Below, one piece after another: positions 39,090-48,813 of a stretch of 62,760 nucleotides of DNA. Below the pieces are notes generated by a model that made no database searches, had not been told where the DNA came from, and was given only the letters and a program-made list of their open reading frames with translations. The position numbers and the translations under genes are program-made. Each line of letters opens with the position of its first letter. Within the stretch, counting starts at the first letter, position 1. Origin of the DNA: an uncultured Gammaproteobacteria bacterium (lineage in GTDB: Bacteria > Pseudomonadota > Gammaproteobacteria > Magnimaribacterales > D2472); assembly GCA_964342675.1 (NCBI GenBank), contig CAYFFR010000002.1, forward strand, positions 1 through 62,760. Direction: 5' to 3'.

Positions 39090-39180
39090 TATTATATATA
39101 ATTATTTATATATATCAATAATATTAATAAATAAATTTAATCTATTTATATATATAATTTATATCAATATATATTAAATA
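39090..39180. repeat. almost pure A/T tract with duplicated modules
   Basis: TATTTATATATAT occurs at 39103-39115 and again at 39143-39155. ATATCAATA occurs at 39112-39120 and 39161-39169. Only 3 C residues and no G occur in about 90 nt. Confidence 0.6.
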
Positions 39181-39245
39181 ATAACGTTTTTAAGCCAAAT
39201 TTTATCAGTAAAGATATATAATTTAATCAATTCCGAGGAAATATA

Positions 39246-41390
39246 ATGAAAGGCACCGTAAATTATATAACGAGCAATGAAATTGCAATTCTAGAAGTAG
39301 ATAATCCACCAGTAAACCCTTTAAGTATAGGGGTTAGGGTAGGTTTAACTGATTGCTTTAAAAAAGCGAATGAGGATAATAAAATTAAGGGGATTATTCT
39401 AAAAGGTGCTGGAAAAGCTTTTATAGCGGGCGCTGATATATCAGAATTTGGTCAAAAAGTTGAGGGGCCAGATCTGCATCAAACTCTAAAAGACATAGAA
39501 TTTAGCTTAAAACCAGTCTTAGCAGCTATTAACGGTCCTGCATTAGGGGGAGGCCTAGAGACAGCTTTGTGTTGTAATTATAGGATTGCAACAAAAAACT
39601 CAATTGTAGGATTACCAGAGGTAAATCTTGGTTTATTGCCTGGAGCTGGAGGGACTCAAAGACTACCCAGAATCATTGGTCCTGGAGCAGCATTAAATGC
39701 AATGATTAGTGGTGCCCCTATTCCTGCTAAACAGGCTTTAAATCAAGGCATCATAGATGCTATTTCTGAAAATGATTTAGTTGATGATGCGTTGGATTTT
39801 TTAAGAAAGAAGATACAGGAAAATGAAACGCATCCAAAAGTAAGGGATATGACTGATAAGTTAATAGAGGCTAGAGGGAATGAGAACCTTTTGTCAGAAG
39901 CAAAGGCTTTAGCAGCAAAAACCAGAAAGGGTCAATTTGCTCCAGGACAGATAATTAAATGTGTAGAGGCTGCAATTGAATCAGATGATTTTGAAGAAGG
40001 TAGGAAAAAAGAAGCGGATTTCTTTGTTGAGTGTTTGGTTCATCCTCAACGTGAAGCCATGATTCATATTTTCTTTGGAGAAAGAACTGCAGCAAAAATA
40101 ACTGATGTTCCAAAAGATACAGAAACCTTAGAAATTAAATCTGCCGGTATAGTTGGCTCTGGAACAATGGGTGGTGGTATCGCAATGAATTTTGCTAATG
40201 CTGGAATTCCAGTAACTATATTGGATCAAGATCAAGATAACCTTGATAGGGGTATTGGTGTAATTGATAAAAACTATCAAATGATGGTGGATAGAGGCAG
40301 AATCTCACAAGAAGATATGGAGAATATTTCTAAATTAATCAAACCATCTCTTAATTATGAAGATCTAAAAGATTGCGACATAGTGATTGAAGCTGTTTAT
40401 GAAAACTTGCCTCTTAAACAAGAGATATTTAAGAATCTTTCTAGTCACATAAAGAAAGATGCAATACTAGCATCTAATACATCTGGTCTTGATATTGATG
40501 CTATAGCATCATTTACAGACAGGCCTGATATGGTAGTGGGCACTCACTTTTTTAGTCCTGCAAATATCATGAGACTTCTAGAAGTTGTTAGAGGCGGGGA
40601 AACATCTAAACAAACTCTAGCAACAGTAATGAAACTTAGTAAAACAATTAAAAAAGCTGCTGTAGTTTCTCTAAATGCTCCGGGGTTCATAGGAAATAGA
40701 ATGTTATACGGATATACCAAGCAGGCTAATATGCTTTTACTAGAAGGAGCTCTTCCAAACCAAATAGATGGTGCACTAGAATCTTTTGGAATGAATATGG
40801 GTCCATTCAGAATGTTAGACCTGGTTGGTTTAGATTTAAGTTGGAGAGCAAGAAAATTAGCAAAAATGAAAACGCCTATGACAAGCCAGATCGCAGATGC
40901 GCTTTGTGAAAATGATAGGTTTGGACAAAAAAATGGTAAAGGATTTTATAATTACAATGATGGGTCAAGGGCACCAAATCCTGCTCCAGAAAATGAAGAT
41001 ATTTATCAAGAAGTATCTGAAAGAAATGGTGTTGAAAGGAGGGAGATATCAGATCAAGAAATTGTGGACAGATGCATATTAGCACTTGTTAATGAAGGGG
41101 CAAAGATCTTAGAAGAGGGTGTTGCTCAAAGATCAAGTGATATGGATATTGTTTATATAAATGGTTATGGGTTTCCTATTTGGAGAGGTGGGCCAATGTT
41201 TTATGCAAATAAATTAGGTCTTAAAGAGGTGCTTGAGAAGCTTAACGGATTTAAAGAGTTAGATAGTAACTTCTGGGAGCCAGCTGATCTTATTAAAAAA
41301 TTAGCAGAAAATGATGGTGTTTTTGGTGATGCCCCTAAATTAGATGAAAGAAAAAAGAAAACAAAGTTTGATGAGCTAGTAAAATATTAA
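39246..41390 (+). CDS. fatty-acid oxidation multifunctional protein: enoyl-CoA hydratase + 3-hydroxyacyl-CoA dehydrogenase
   Basis: 714 aa. N-terminal crotonase fold (AFIAGADISEF, GPALGGGLETAL), a central Rossmann motif GIVGSGTMGGGIA, and C-terminal 3HCDH repeats. An SD GAGGA precedes the ATG. No adjacent thiolase gene. Confidence 0.9.
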   Translation: MKGTVNYITSNEIAILEVDNPPVNPLSIGVRVGLTDCFKKANEDNKIKGIILKGAGKAFIAGADISEFGQKVEGPDLHQTLKDIEFSLKPVLAAINGPALGGGLETALCCNYRIATKNSIVGLPEVNLGLLPGAGGTQRLPRIIGPGAALNAMISGAPIPAKQALNQGIIDAISENDLVDDALDFLRKKIQENETHPKVRDMTDKLIEARGNENLLSEAKALAAKTRKGQFAPGQIIKCVEAAIESDDFEEGRKKEADFFVECLVHPQREAMIHIFFGERTAAKITDVPKDTETLEIKSAGIVGSGTMGGGIAMNFANAGIPVTILDQDQDNLDRGIGVIDKNYQMMVDRGRISQEDMENISKLIKPSLNYEDLKDCDIVIEAVYENLPLKQEIFKNLSSHIKKDAILASNTSGLDIDAIASFTDRPDMVVGTHFFSPANIMRLLEVVRGGETSKQTLATVMKLSKTIKKAAVVSLNAPGFIGNRMLYGYTKQANMLLLEGALPNQIDGALESFGMNMGPFRMLDLVGLDLSWRARKLAKMKTPMTSQIADALCENDRFGQKNGKGFYNYNDGSRAPNPAPENEDIYQEVSERNGVERREISDQEIVDRCILALVNEGAKILEEGVAQRSSDMDIVYINGYGFPIWRGGPMFYANKLGLKEVLEKLNGFKELDSNFWEPADLIKKLAENDGVFGDAPKLDERKKKTKFDELVKY

Positions 41391-41396
41391 GTTAAT

Positions 41397-41930
41397 TTAT
41401 AGCCTTATATTAACTTTTGTACCTTTTTTAACTAAATTATATAACTCTATAACATCATGATTGAACATTCTTATGCAACCATGAGATGCTTTAGAGCCAA
41501 TTAGTCCCTCTTCCTGGGTACCATGAATATATATGTATCTATCGTATGAGTCTACGCTGGTACCATTATTAAATCCATCTTCAACGCCTGATAACCACAT
41601 TATTCTAGAGGTTATATAGTCATTTTCTGTATCTAATTTTTCATGAATTATGCTTGCAATTTGATTATTTTGGATCCTGTTAACAAAAATTGTATTTTTT
41701 TCAACATTTGTTCCAATCATTTCCTGGATTATATGTTTTCCTAGTGGTGTTTTATATGAATTCTCAACTTGACCTTCCCCAAAATAAGATGATGAAATTG
41801 GATAGCTTTTAGTAATCATTCGATCATTCAGTATGTACAGCCTCTGTTCAGAGATGTCTACTTCTATACTTAACTCGCTTAGTATAGGTAGTGATACAAA
41901 GGCTAAAAAATAAAATAAATCAATTCTCAT
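41397..41930 (-). CDS. L,D-transpeptidase (YkuD domain) with signal peptide
   Basis: 177 aa with an N-terminal signal-like segment and the YkuD catalytic motif HGT...SHGCIRM. Confidence 0.85.
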   Translation of the reverse strand: MRIDLFYFLAFVSLPILSELSIEVDISEQRLYILNDRMITKSYPISSSYFGEGQVENSYKTPLGKHIIQEMIGTNVEKNTIFVNRIQNNQIASIIHEKLDTENDYITSRIMWLSGVEDGFNNGTSVDSYDRYIYIHGTQEEGLIGSKASHGCIRMFNHDVIELYNLVKKGTKVNIRL

Positions 41931-43416
41931 CTTGTTTTTTTTGATAAATTAATTTCACTAAAGAGAAAATAAACATAAATAAGATTAGCGCAATAATAGA
42001 TTGATATCCATATTTTGTGAAGAAATTTAAACTTCTAACTATCTCCAGATCACCTTTAATGACTCCAGAGGTATTTTTATTTAATAAATAAACTATTGTC
42101 CCATTATTATCAACAATTGTTGATATTCCATCAGATGTAGACCGAGCTATCCATCTATTTGTCTCTATAGCTCTTGCTCTAATTATTTCTACATGCTGAT
42201 CCGGTCCGTAAGAGTTTCCAAACCAAGAATCATTGCTAATATTAACTATGAAGCCAGATCCTTTAATTTTATGCAGGTAATTATTAATAAAAGCTATATC
42301 AAAACATATGAGCGGAACAAAGGTATTTTCTCCAAATCTTATATTATCTTGCTCAACTTCTCCCCAGCTCATATCAGACATAGGCAGGTCAAAGAATCTT
42401 ATTAGTCCCCTTAATATGCTCTCAAAAGGGACATATTCACCAAATGGCACTAAATTTACTTTTTTATATGGCTTTAAATCAGAACCTAATATTTTTAATG
42501 AGCTATATATCTTGCCTTCATCTTCGTGAAATAGCCCTGATACTACTCTTGCCCCATCTTCTTTAAGATTTCCTTCGATTTCTTTAAATTTTGGATGTTT
42601 GTCTGTAAAACCAAAAGGAGCTTCAGGCCATATTATTAAATCAGCACTATTTACTTCATTAGATAGTTTGATTAAGTGATCAGTTATGTTGGCCTTAGTA
42701 TCTAAGTTAAATTTTGTAAGTGGTTCAAAATTAGGTTGCACTATGCCAACTTCAATAGAGGTATTTTTAGAGTTGGTGATATAAGTTTTATTTGGAATTA
42801 GAAGAACCAACACAAAAGCTGCCAATGCTAGCAATGAATATTTTCTATTCCTTGCAAATGCAATATATGAACAAACTAGATAGATTATAAGGCTGCTTCC
42901 TATAACGCCTATAATCGGTATAAGAAATTTAAGATATGTGTCCATGAATATGATTCCTGGTAAAAGCCAAGGAAAGCCACCTAATAAGTAAAATCTTGAA
43001 ATTTCTAGTAATGCCATAGATGAAGATAGAAATAAGATAATATAAAGACGCGGTTTCTCTTTAACGTAAAATTTAGTTAAAAAGATCGGTGCAATGAATA
43101 CCAAACTCAATATACTGCTCATTATAATCATAATAATAATAGCTATATAAATACTAGTATTACCATGATAGTAAATACTTACTATTAACCAACCAGTACC
43201 AATGATCCAATATGCTAAACCCCAAAAAAATATATTCCAAAATAATTTTTTATTATTAAGTTTTTTAATCAATAAGAATAGATATGAAATAGAAATAACT
43301 AATACCCATTTCATACCAAAGGGCGCATATGAGAATACTGATATGCCACCAAAAATGATGGATAAAATTACAGTAACTAAATTATTCTTTTGAATGAGAT
43401 TGAACGGTGATTCCAA
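41920..43416 (-). CDS. lnt: apolipoprotein N-acyltransferase
   Basis: 498 aa with multiple N-terminal TM helices, a CN-hydrolase domain (IIWPEAP, KVNLVPFGEYVP, ICFD) and a C-terminal TM helix. It is downstream of corC, as in E. coli. Confidence 0.9.
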   Translation of the reverse strand: MESPFNLIQKNNLVTVILSIIFGGISVFSYAPFGMKWVLVISISYLFLLIKKLNNKKLFWNIFFWGLAYWIIGTGWLIVSIYYHGNTSIYIAIIIMIIMSSILSLVFIAPIFLTKFYVKEKPRLYIILFLSSSMALLEISRFYLLGGFPWLLPGIIFMDTYLKFLIPIIGVIGSSLIIYLVCSYIAFARNRKYSLLALAAFVLVLLIPNKTYITNSKNTSIEVGIVQPNFEPLTKFNLDTKANITDHLIKLSNEVNSADLIIWPEAPFGFTDKHPKFKEIEGNLKEDGARVVSGLFHEDEGKIYSSLKILGSDLKPYKKVNLVPFGEYVPFESILRGLIRFFDLPMSDMSWGEVEQDNIRFGENTFVPLICFDIAFINNYLHKIKGSGFIVNISNDSWFGNSYGPDQHVEIIRARAIETNRWIARSTSDGISTIVDNNGTIVYLLNKNTSGVIKGDLEIVRSLNFFTKYGYQSIIALILFMFIFSLVKLIYQKKQDEN

Positions 43417-44224
43417 TTTTTTTTACTTTTCTTTTGTCTGCTGCGGTAACTGTTAAGTTTAGATTACCTAACTGTATTCTGTCACCTACCTTAGGAAGGT
43501 GGCCTATTTTTTGAATAAACAGGCCGCCAAGAGTCTCAATATCTGAGTCCTTAAAATTTCTATTAAACTTCTTACTAAAAACATTAATATCTAACATTGC
43601 ATCTGCTATATATTCTGAATCACTTACTTGTATTAGCTCATCAGTTTCTTCTAAGTCATGTTCGTCCTCAATTTCTCCAACTAGCTCTTCTAAGACATCT
43701 TCAATAGTAACAAGGCCAGAAATCGATCCGTATTCATCAATCACTACTGCCATATGAGATCTATCCTCCTTAAAATCTTCTAATAAAGAATCGGCTTTTT
43801 TATTCTCTGGAATTATTTTTGCATCTCTAAGCATGTCTTTGATAGATTTCTTATTATCTTCCTGCAATATGGGCAGCAGATCCTTTGCCAATAATAGCCC
43901 CAACACATCATTTTTATCTTCTCCAAGCACTGGGTATCTAGAGTGTCCGGTTTTTATAATTCTTGCCAAAATTTCATTCAAGTCTTCATTAATAGTAATT
44001 GTTACCATTTCAATTTTTGGCACCATAATCTCTTTAACAGTTGTATCACCCAAACGGATAGCTTTTTCAGCTATAAGCTGAGCTTCCTTATCAATTATAT
44101 TTTCTGATAATGCATGCTCTAATACTTCAGAAACATCGTTAACTGACTTGGGTTTAAAAAATAAAAACTTTTTTAAGAATGTTTTAATTTTCGATGGAGG
44201 GATATCCTGGTCTTCTAAACTCAT
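43382..44224 (-). CDS. corC: magnesium/cobalt efflux-associated protein CorC (CBS pair + CorC_HlyC domain)
   Basis: 280 aa with tandem CBS domains (VKEIMVPKIEM..., HMAVVIDEYGSISGLVTIEDVLEELVGEI) and a C-terminal transporter-associated domain. Confidence 0.9.
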   Translation of the reverse strand: MSLEDQDIPPSKIKTFLKKFLFFKPKSVNDVSEVLEHALSENIIDKEAQLIAEKAIRLGDTTVKEIMVPKIEMVTITINEDLNEILARIIKTGHSRYPVLGEDKNDVLGLLLAKDLLPILQEDNKKSIKDMLRDAKIIPENKKADSLLEDFKEDRSHMAVVIDEYGSISGLVTIEDVLEELVGEIEDEHDLEETDELIQVSDSEYIADAMLDINVFSKKFNRNFKDSDIETLGGLFIQKIGHLPKVGDRIQLGNLNLTVTAADKRKVKKIGITVQSHSKE

Positions 44225-44227
44225 AGT

Positions 44228-44671
44228 CTAAGTATATGGGTTCTTAATCCCAAATAATTCTAAATATCTAATTTCTTTCTTTTCCATATTAATAGCGTCT
44301 GACTCTTTTGTATGGTCATAACCCAATAAATGCAATATACCATGAGACAACAAGTGCAAAAAATGAGCCTCTATGGTTTTCATTGATGCGCCTGCTTCTT
44401 TTGTCAGGTAAGAATAGTTAATAGCAATGTCCCCTAATTCGTCGCTTGCTTTCATTTCTTCTGAATCAGAGCTAAAAGCTAAAACATTTGTAGTTTTATT
44501 TTTTCCTCGGAACCTTAAATTAAGCTCTATCATTTCAGCATCATCAACAAGCTTTAAGTTAATGGCGCTGTTAACATTATGATCAGATAAGATATGTTTT
44601 GTAATCTCATATAATTGGTCTTTAATAAAAGCTAAATCAATATTTACAGAATTATAAATTCTAAGAGTCAC
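44228..44671 (-). CDS. ybeY: rRNA maturation endoribonuclease YbeY
   Basis: 147 aa with the zinc motif HGILHLLGYDH. Confidence 0.95.
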   Translation of the reverse strand: MTLRIYNSVNIDLAFIKDQLYEITKHILSDHNVNSAINLKLVDDAEMIELNLRFRGKNKTTNVLAFSSDSEEMKASDELGDIAINYSYLTKEAGASMKTIEAHFLHLLSHGILHLLGYDHTKESDAINMEKKEIRYLELFGIKNPYT

Positions 44672-45630
44672 GATTGCTTTGATTCATGTTCTGAGTATGC
44701 ATCAATAACCTTTTTTACTAAAGGATGGCGTACAACATCAATAGATTTGAAATAAGTGATTCCAATTCCATCAACTTTAGACAAGATTGTTAGGGCATGA
44801 TCTAAACCAGACGTAATGTGTTTTGCTAAATCAATTTGTGTTATATCTCCGTTGATAACTGCATATGAGCCAAAACCCATCCTGGTTAAAAACATTTTCA
44901 TTTGTTCTATTGTTGTATTCTGACCTTCATCCATAATTACAAAGGCGCTATTTAGGGTTCTGCCTCTTAAGTATGCTAGCGGTGCAACTTCTATGATATC
45001 CTTCTCAAGTAATCTAGCCGTCTTATCGTAACCAAGCATCTCATGTAGAGCGTCATAAAGAGGCTTTAAATATGGGTCAACTTTTTGAGAAAGATCTCCT
45101 GGTAAAAATCCTAGTTTCTCACCAGCTTCTACGGCTGGTCTGATTAGTACAATCTTATCAACTTTCTTATTAATTAAATATTCAATTGCTTTAGCTACGG
45201 CTAGATAAGTTTTTCCTGTCCCAGCCGGACCAACAGCAAAATTAATTTCATGCTCTTCAATATTATGAATAAATAAGCCCTGATTCATAGTTCTTGCTTT
45301 AATAGATCGTCTTGGGGTTTTGATTACAGAGCTTATTTCATTTGGGTCATCTTCAGAAATATTATTAATTGCTAAATGAATAATCTCTTTTGACAGATCA
45401 GAGCCTGAACAGCAGGTCTTATAAAGATCAAAAATGACTTTTTTGGCGCTTAAAACCTGTTGGCTCTCTCCCTGGATGCTCAACTTATTTCCATTTTGGT
45501 AAATCTTAACAGCTAAATTCTTTTCTAATAATTTTAAATTTCCATTTAATTCTCCAACGAATGCAGCTATATATTTTGCATTGCTGGGTTCAAGAATAAT
45601 TTGTTCGGCTGGGTCTTGGTTATCGAGCAT
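44668..45630 (-). CDS. ybeZ: PhoH-like ATPase (YbeZ)
   Basis: 320 aa with Walker A GPAGTGKTYLAV and Walker B IMDEGQN. It lies between miaB and ybeY, the canonical position. Confidence 0.9.
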   Translation of the reverse strand: MLDNQDPAEQIILEPSNAKYIAAFVGELNGNLKLLEKNLAVKIYQNGNKLSIQGESQQVLSAKKVIFDLYKTCCSGSDLSKEIIHLAINNISEDDPNEISSVIKTPRRSIKARTMNQGLFIHNIEEHEINFAVGPAGTGKTYLAVAKAIEYLINKKVDKIVLIRPAVEAGEKLGFLPGDLSQKVDPYLKPLYDALHEMLGYDKTARLLEKDIIEVAPLAYLRGRTLNSAFVIMDEGQNTTIEQMKMFLTRMGFGSYAVINGDITQIDLAKHITSGLDHALTILSKVDGIGITYFKSIDVVRHPLVKKVIDAYSEHESKQS

Positions 45631-45644
45631 CAGTTGTTAGTTTT

Positions 45645-46979
45645 CTATGGGCTACAAAGCGAGCCTTTAAGAGAGTGAGGAAATGCTTCATTAATTTGAA
45701 TATTAATCAATTGTCCAACTAAATCAATGTTATTAGAAGGAAAATTTACGATTCTGTTACAAATAGTTCTTCCTTGTAACTGGCCGGGATCCCTTTTAGA
45801 TAGTCCATGCACTAAACAATTCTGAATTGTTCCTACCTTCTTTCTACTAAATCCAAAAGATAATTGGGCTAATCTTGATTGTAAGATATCTAAACGTTCT
45901 TTTTTTTCTTCAACCCTAATATTGTCTGGCATTTCCGAAGCTGGAGTATTTGGCCTTGCGCTATATATAAAACTGAAGGACTCATCAAATTTAACCTCAT
46001 TTATGATGTTCATTGTGGCCTGAAAATCATCTCTAGTTTCACCTGGGAAACCAACTATAAAATCAGAAGAAAAACTCATTTCTGGCCTTACCAATCTAAT
46101 CTTATCAATAAGTTTTAAATATTCCTCAGTGTTATAACGCCTTCTCATTAATTTTAAAATTCTATCTGATCCACTTTGAATGGGCAGATGAACATGACTT
46201 ACTAGTTCGGGCACCTTATCATACGCGTCCACCAAATCATCCTTAAATTCATAGGGGTGGCTTGTTGTATATCTGATTCTATCAATATTTTCGATCTTTG
46301 CTGCTAATTCAATCAAAGTCGCTAAAGATGATTCTTGGTCTTTATAAGTGCCCTTAAAGTTATTTACATTCTGGCCTAAGAAATGCACTTCTCTTGTGCC
46401 TTGATCTGCTAAAGCTGATACTTCATTGAGTATATCTTCAATACTTCTTGAAACCTCGTGGCCACGGGTTTTTGGGACAACACAAAATGAACAATATTTA
46501 TTACATCCCTCAATTATTGAGACAAATGCTGAAGGTTCACTGGTCCCAGTCCCAGTTACAGGTAAGTAATCAAATTTTTCAAGCTTTGGAAAAGATATAT
46601 CAATTTGGCTTGTTTTTGTTGTTGTATTATTTTTATAAAGTCTCGGGAGCTTGTGTAGGGTTTGAGGTCCAAACACTATATCAACTACTGGTGCTCTTTT
46701 TATAATTTCTTCACCCTCTTGAGATGCAACGCAGCCACCTATAGCAATCTTAAGGTCTGGTTTCTCTTCTTTGATCTTGCGCCACCTCCCAATTTGATGA
46801 AAAACTTTCTCCTGTGCTTTTTCCCTAATAGAGCATGTATTTAAAATTAAAAGGTCTGCTTGATCTTCGGTGTCTGCAACCTCAAAATCTTCTTTTTCTT
46901 GAAGAAGCTCCTTGATCTTAGCTGAATCGTATTCATTCATCTGGCAACCATGGGTTTTTATATATAGTTTTTTTGTCAT
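45645..46979 (-). CDS. miaB: tRNA-i6A37 methylthiotransferase
   Basis: 444 aa with the UPF0004 N-domain ([10 protein letters not shown]), radical-SAM CNKYCSFC and a C-terminal TRAM domain. Confidence 0.95.
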   Translation of the reverse strand: MTKKLYIKTHGCQMNEYDSAKIKELLQEKEDFEVADTEDQADLLILNTCSIREKAQEKVFHQIGRWRKIKEEKPDLKIAIGGCVASQEGEEIIKRAPVVDIVFGPQTLHKLPRLYKNNTTTKTSQIDISFPKLEKFDYLPVTGTGTSEPSAFVSIIEGCNKYCSFCVVPKTRGHEVSRSIEDILNEVSALADQGTREVHFLGQNVNNFKGTYKDQESSLATLIELAAKIENIDRIRYTTSHPYEFKDDLVDAYDKVPELVSHVHLPIQSGSDRILKLMRRRYNTEEYLKLIDKIRLVRPEMSFSSDFIVGFPGETRDDFQATMNIINEVKFDESFSFIYSARPNTPASEMPDNIRVEEKKERLDILQSRLAQLSFGFSRKKVGTIQNCLVHGLSKRDPGQLQGRTICNRIVNFPSNNIDLVGQLINIQINEAFPHSLKGSLCSP

Positions 46980-47036
46980 TCTGAAATTAATTATTAAAAG
47001 CTTTTATTATCAAATTCTGTTCCCATATAATTAATT

Positions 47037-47363
47037 ATGGCTAAAAATAAGATATACAAGATAATCTTTATGCAACTTGGTGAAATTTATGAAATTTTTG
47101 CTAAACAAATTTATCAAAGTGATATGTACGGATTCATTGAGGTAGAGAAGTATATATTTAATAAAAACAAACAGCTAGTGGTTGACCCATCTAATGAAAA
47201 GCTAAAGAATGAATTCAAAAGTGTTGAAAGGTCATATATACCAATTAATGCTATCGTTAGGATTGATGAAGTCGTTGAATCGGGAGAAGCAAAAATTAAA
47301 GAAAATAAAAGCCCGGTGACCCCTTTCCCGATGAATATCCAGCCTGCATCAAAAAAAGACTAA
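47037..47363 (+). CDS. DUF1820-family protein
   Basis: 108 aa. The N-terminal YKIIFMQLGEIYEIFAKQIYQSDMYGFIEVE matches my memory of the DUF1820 pattern, and it neighbours miaB as in Pseudomonas. Confidence 0.65.
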   Translation: MAKNKIYKIIFMQLGEIYEIFAKQIYQSDMYGFIEVEKYIFNKNKQLVVDPSNEKLKNEFKSVERSYIPINAIVRIDEVVESGEAKIKENKSPVTPFPMNIQPASKKD

Positions 47364-47905
47364 CCAAATAACAGCTCCTTATAGTGCTTTAATTCATTAA
47401 TTGATTCCCTGATATCATCGAGAGCCCTATGACTACTATTCTTTTCATAGGTCTGCGCATTATTTGTCCATCTAGCCACTATTTCTTTAATAGAAGATAC
47501 GTCTATATGTCTATAGTGAAAATACGCCTCCAACATCGGCATATATTTAGATAAAAATCTTCTATCATGTGAAACGGTGTTACCACACATTGGAGATTTC
47601 TTATCTCCAACATACTTAGAGATAAAATCTAATGTTTGCATCTCTGCCATTTGTTCAGTAATACTGCTTATCTTGACCGCATCTAAAAGCCCTGAATGAG
47701 CATGTTGAGACTTATTCCAGTCATCCATTTCTTCAAGAATCATTTTATCTTGTGAAATAACTAGATTAGGACCTTCAGCAATGACATTTAATTCAGAGTC
47801 AGAAATTATAGTTGCAATTTCAATAATTCTCTCTTTTTCAGGATTTAGACCAGTCATTTCAAGATCTATCCATATCAGGTTTTTATTTGAAGAAAGCTGT
47901 GACAT
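47360..47905 (-). CDS. orn: oligoribonuclease
   Basis: DEDDh exonuclease beginning NLIWIDLEMTGL, with H...D in SSHRALDDIRESI. The start is placed at the Met at 47905 (181 aa, as in E. coli Orn). It is divergent from rsgA, as in E. coli. Confidence 0.9.
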   Translation of the reverse strand: MSQLSSNKNLIWIDLEMTGLNPEKERIIEIATIISDSELNVIAEGPNLVISQDKMILEEMDDWNKSQHAHSGLLDAVKISSITEQMAEMQTLDFISKYVGDKKSPMCGNTVSHDRRFLSKYMPMLEAYFHYRHIDVSSIKEIVARWTNNAQTYEKNSSHRALDDIRESINELKHYKELLFG

Positions 47906-47946
47906 TGCTATTGTTAATTTAAACTTTAGTGTATTTTGTGGTCTAA

Positions 47947-48813
47947 ATGAAAAAAGTTCAAACAGGTATGGTAATTGAGTTTTACTCAAACTCATGTCTT
48001 GTGAGATTTAATAACAAAAATTTTAATTGCAAAATAAAGAAAAAATTACCTGTTGTAGTTGGTGATCGGGTTGGCTTGGTTCAAGAAAACAATGAATTAT
48101 TTGTTATTTCTATTAATGACAGGTTCTCTGAACTTTGTTGGTTTAAAGCTGGTGAAAAGAAGCCACTAGCATCAAATTTATCACATCTAGGAATATTAAT
48201 TGCAGAATCACCAAAAACTAACAGTGAATTCATAGATAAATGGATTGTATTATCTAATTACTCAAACATTCAACCATTTATTATCTTTAATAAAATTGAT
48301 TTATCTAGATCATCAGAGTCTAAAGAGATAATCAATCTATATAAGGGCTTAGGTATTAAATTATTAAAAGTATCTGCAAAACTCAATGATAGAGTAGATG
48401 AAATAAATGCTTATCTAAATAACAAAACAACTATTCTTGTGGGTCAATCAGGTGTTGGTAAATCAACCTTAACAACTGTGCTGACTGGACACACAATAAA
48501 AATTCAACCACTATCCAAGAATCATGGTCAACACACCACATCTTCATCAAAGATGTATGCTGTACAGAAGAATAATGGCATGATTATTGACTCTCCAGGC
48601 ATTAGAGACATTGATATTGTTCATATACCAAAATCATTCCTTCTAGAAGTATTTTCAGAAATAGGCTTTGCATCAAAATCCTGTCAGTTTAAAAACTGTA
48701 ATCATCAATATGAATCTGGTTGTGCTGTCTTAGAAAAACTTAATAATGGCACAATTAGCAAAAGTCGATACAATAATTTTCTTAAATTTAATTCGATAAT
48801 TAAGAATGAATAA
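47947..48813 (+). CDS. rsgA: ribosome small-subunit-dependent GTPase A
   Basis: OB-fold N-terminus, a circularly permuted GTPase (NKIDL then GQSGVGKSTL) and a C-terminal zinc knuckle CQFKNCNHQYESGC. Confidence 0.9.
   Translation: MKKVQTGMVIEFYSNSCLVRFNNKNFNCKIKKKLPVVVGDRVGLVQENNELFVISINDRFSELCWFKAGEKKPLASNLSHLGILIAESPKTNSEFIDKWIVLSNYSNIQPFIIFNKIDLSRSSESKEIINLYKGLGIKLLKVSAKLNDRVDEINAYLNNKTTILVGQSGVGKSTLTTVLTGHTIKIQPLSKNHGQHTTSSSKMYAVQKNNGMIIDSPGIRDIDIVHIPKSFLLEVFSEIGFASKSCQFKNCNHQYESGCAVLEKLNNGTISKSRYNNFLKFNSIIKNE

Noticed and set aside
39090-39180. AT-rich repeated tract as a CRISPR array or replication origin
   Set aside because: The repeats are 9-13 nt, only two copies each, with no spacer architecture and no cas genes. 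I see no DnaA-box (TTATCCACA-like) clusters and no dnaA, dnaN or gidA neighbours, so neither a CRISPR array nor oriC is supported.
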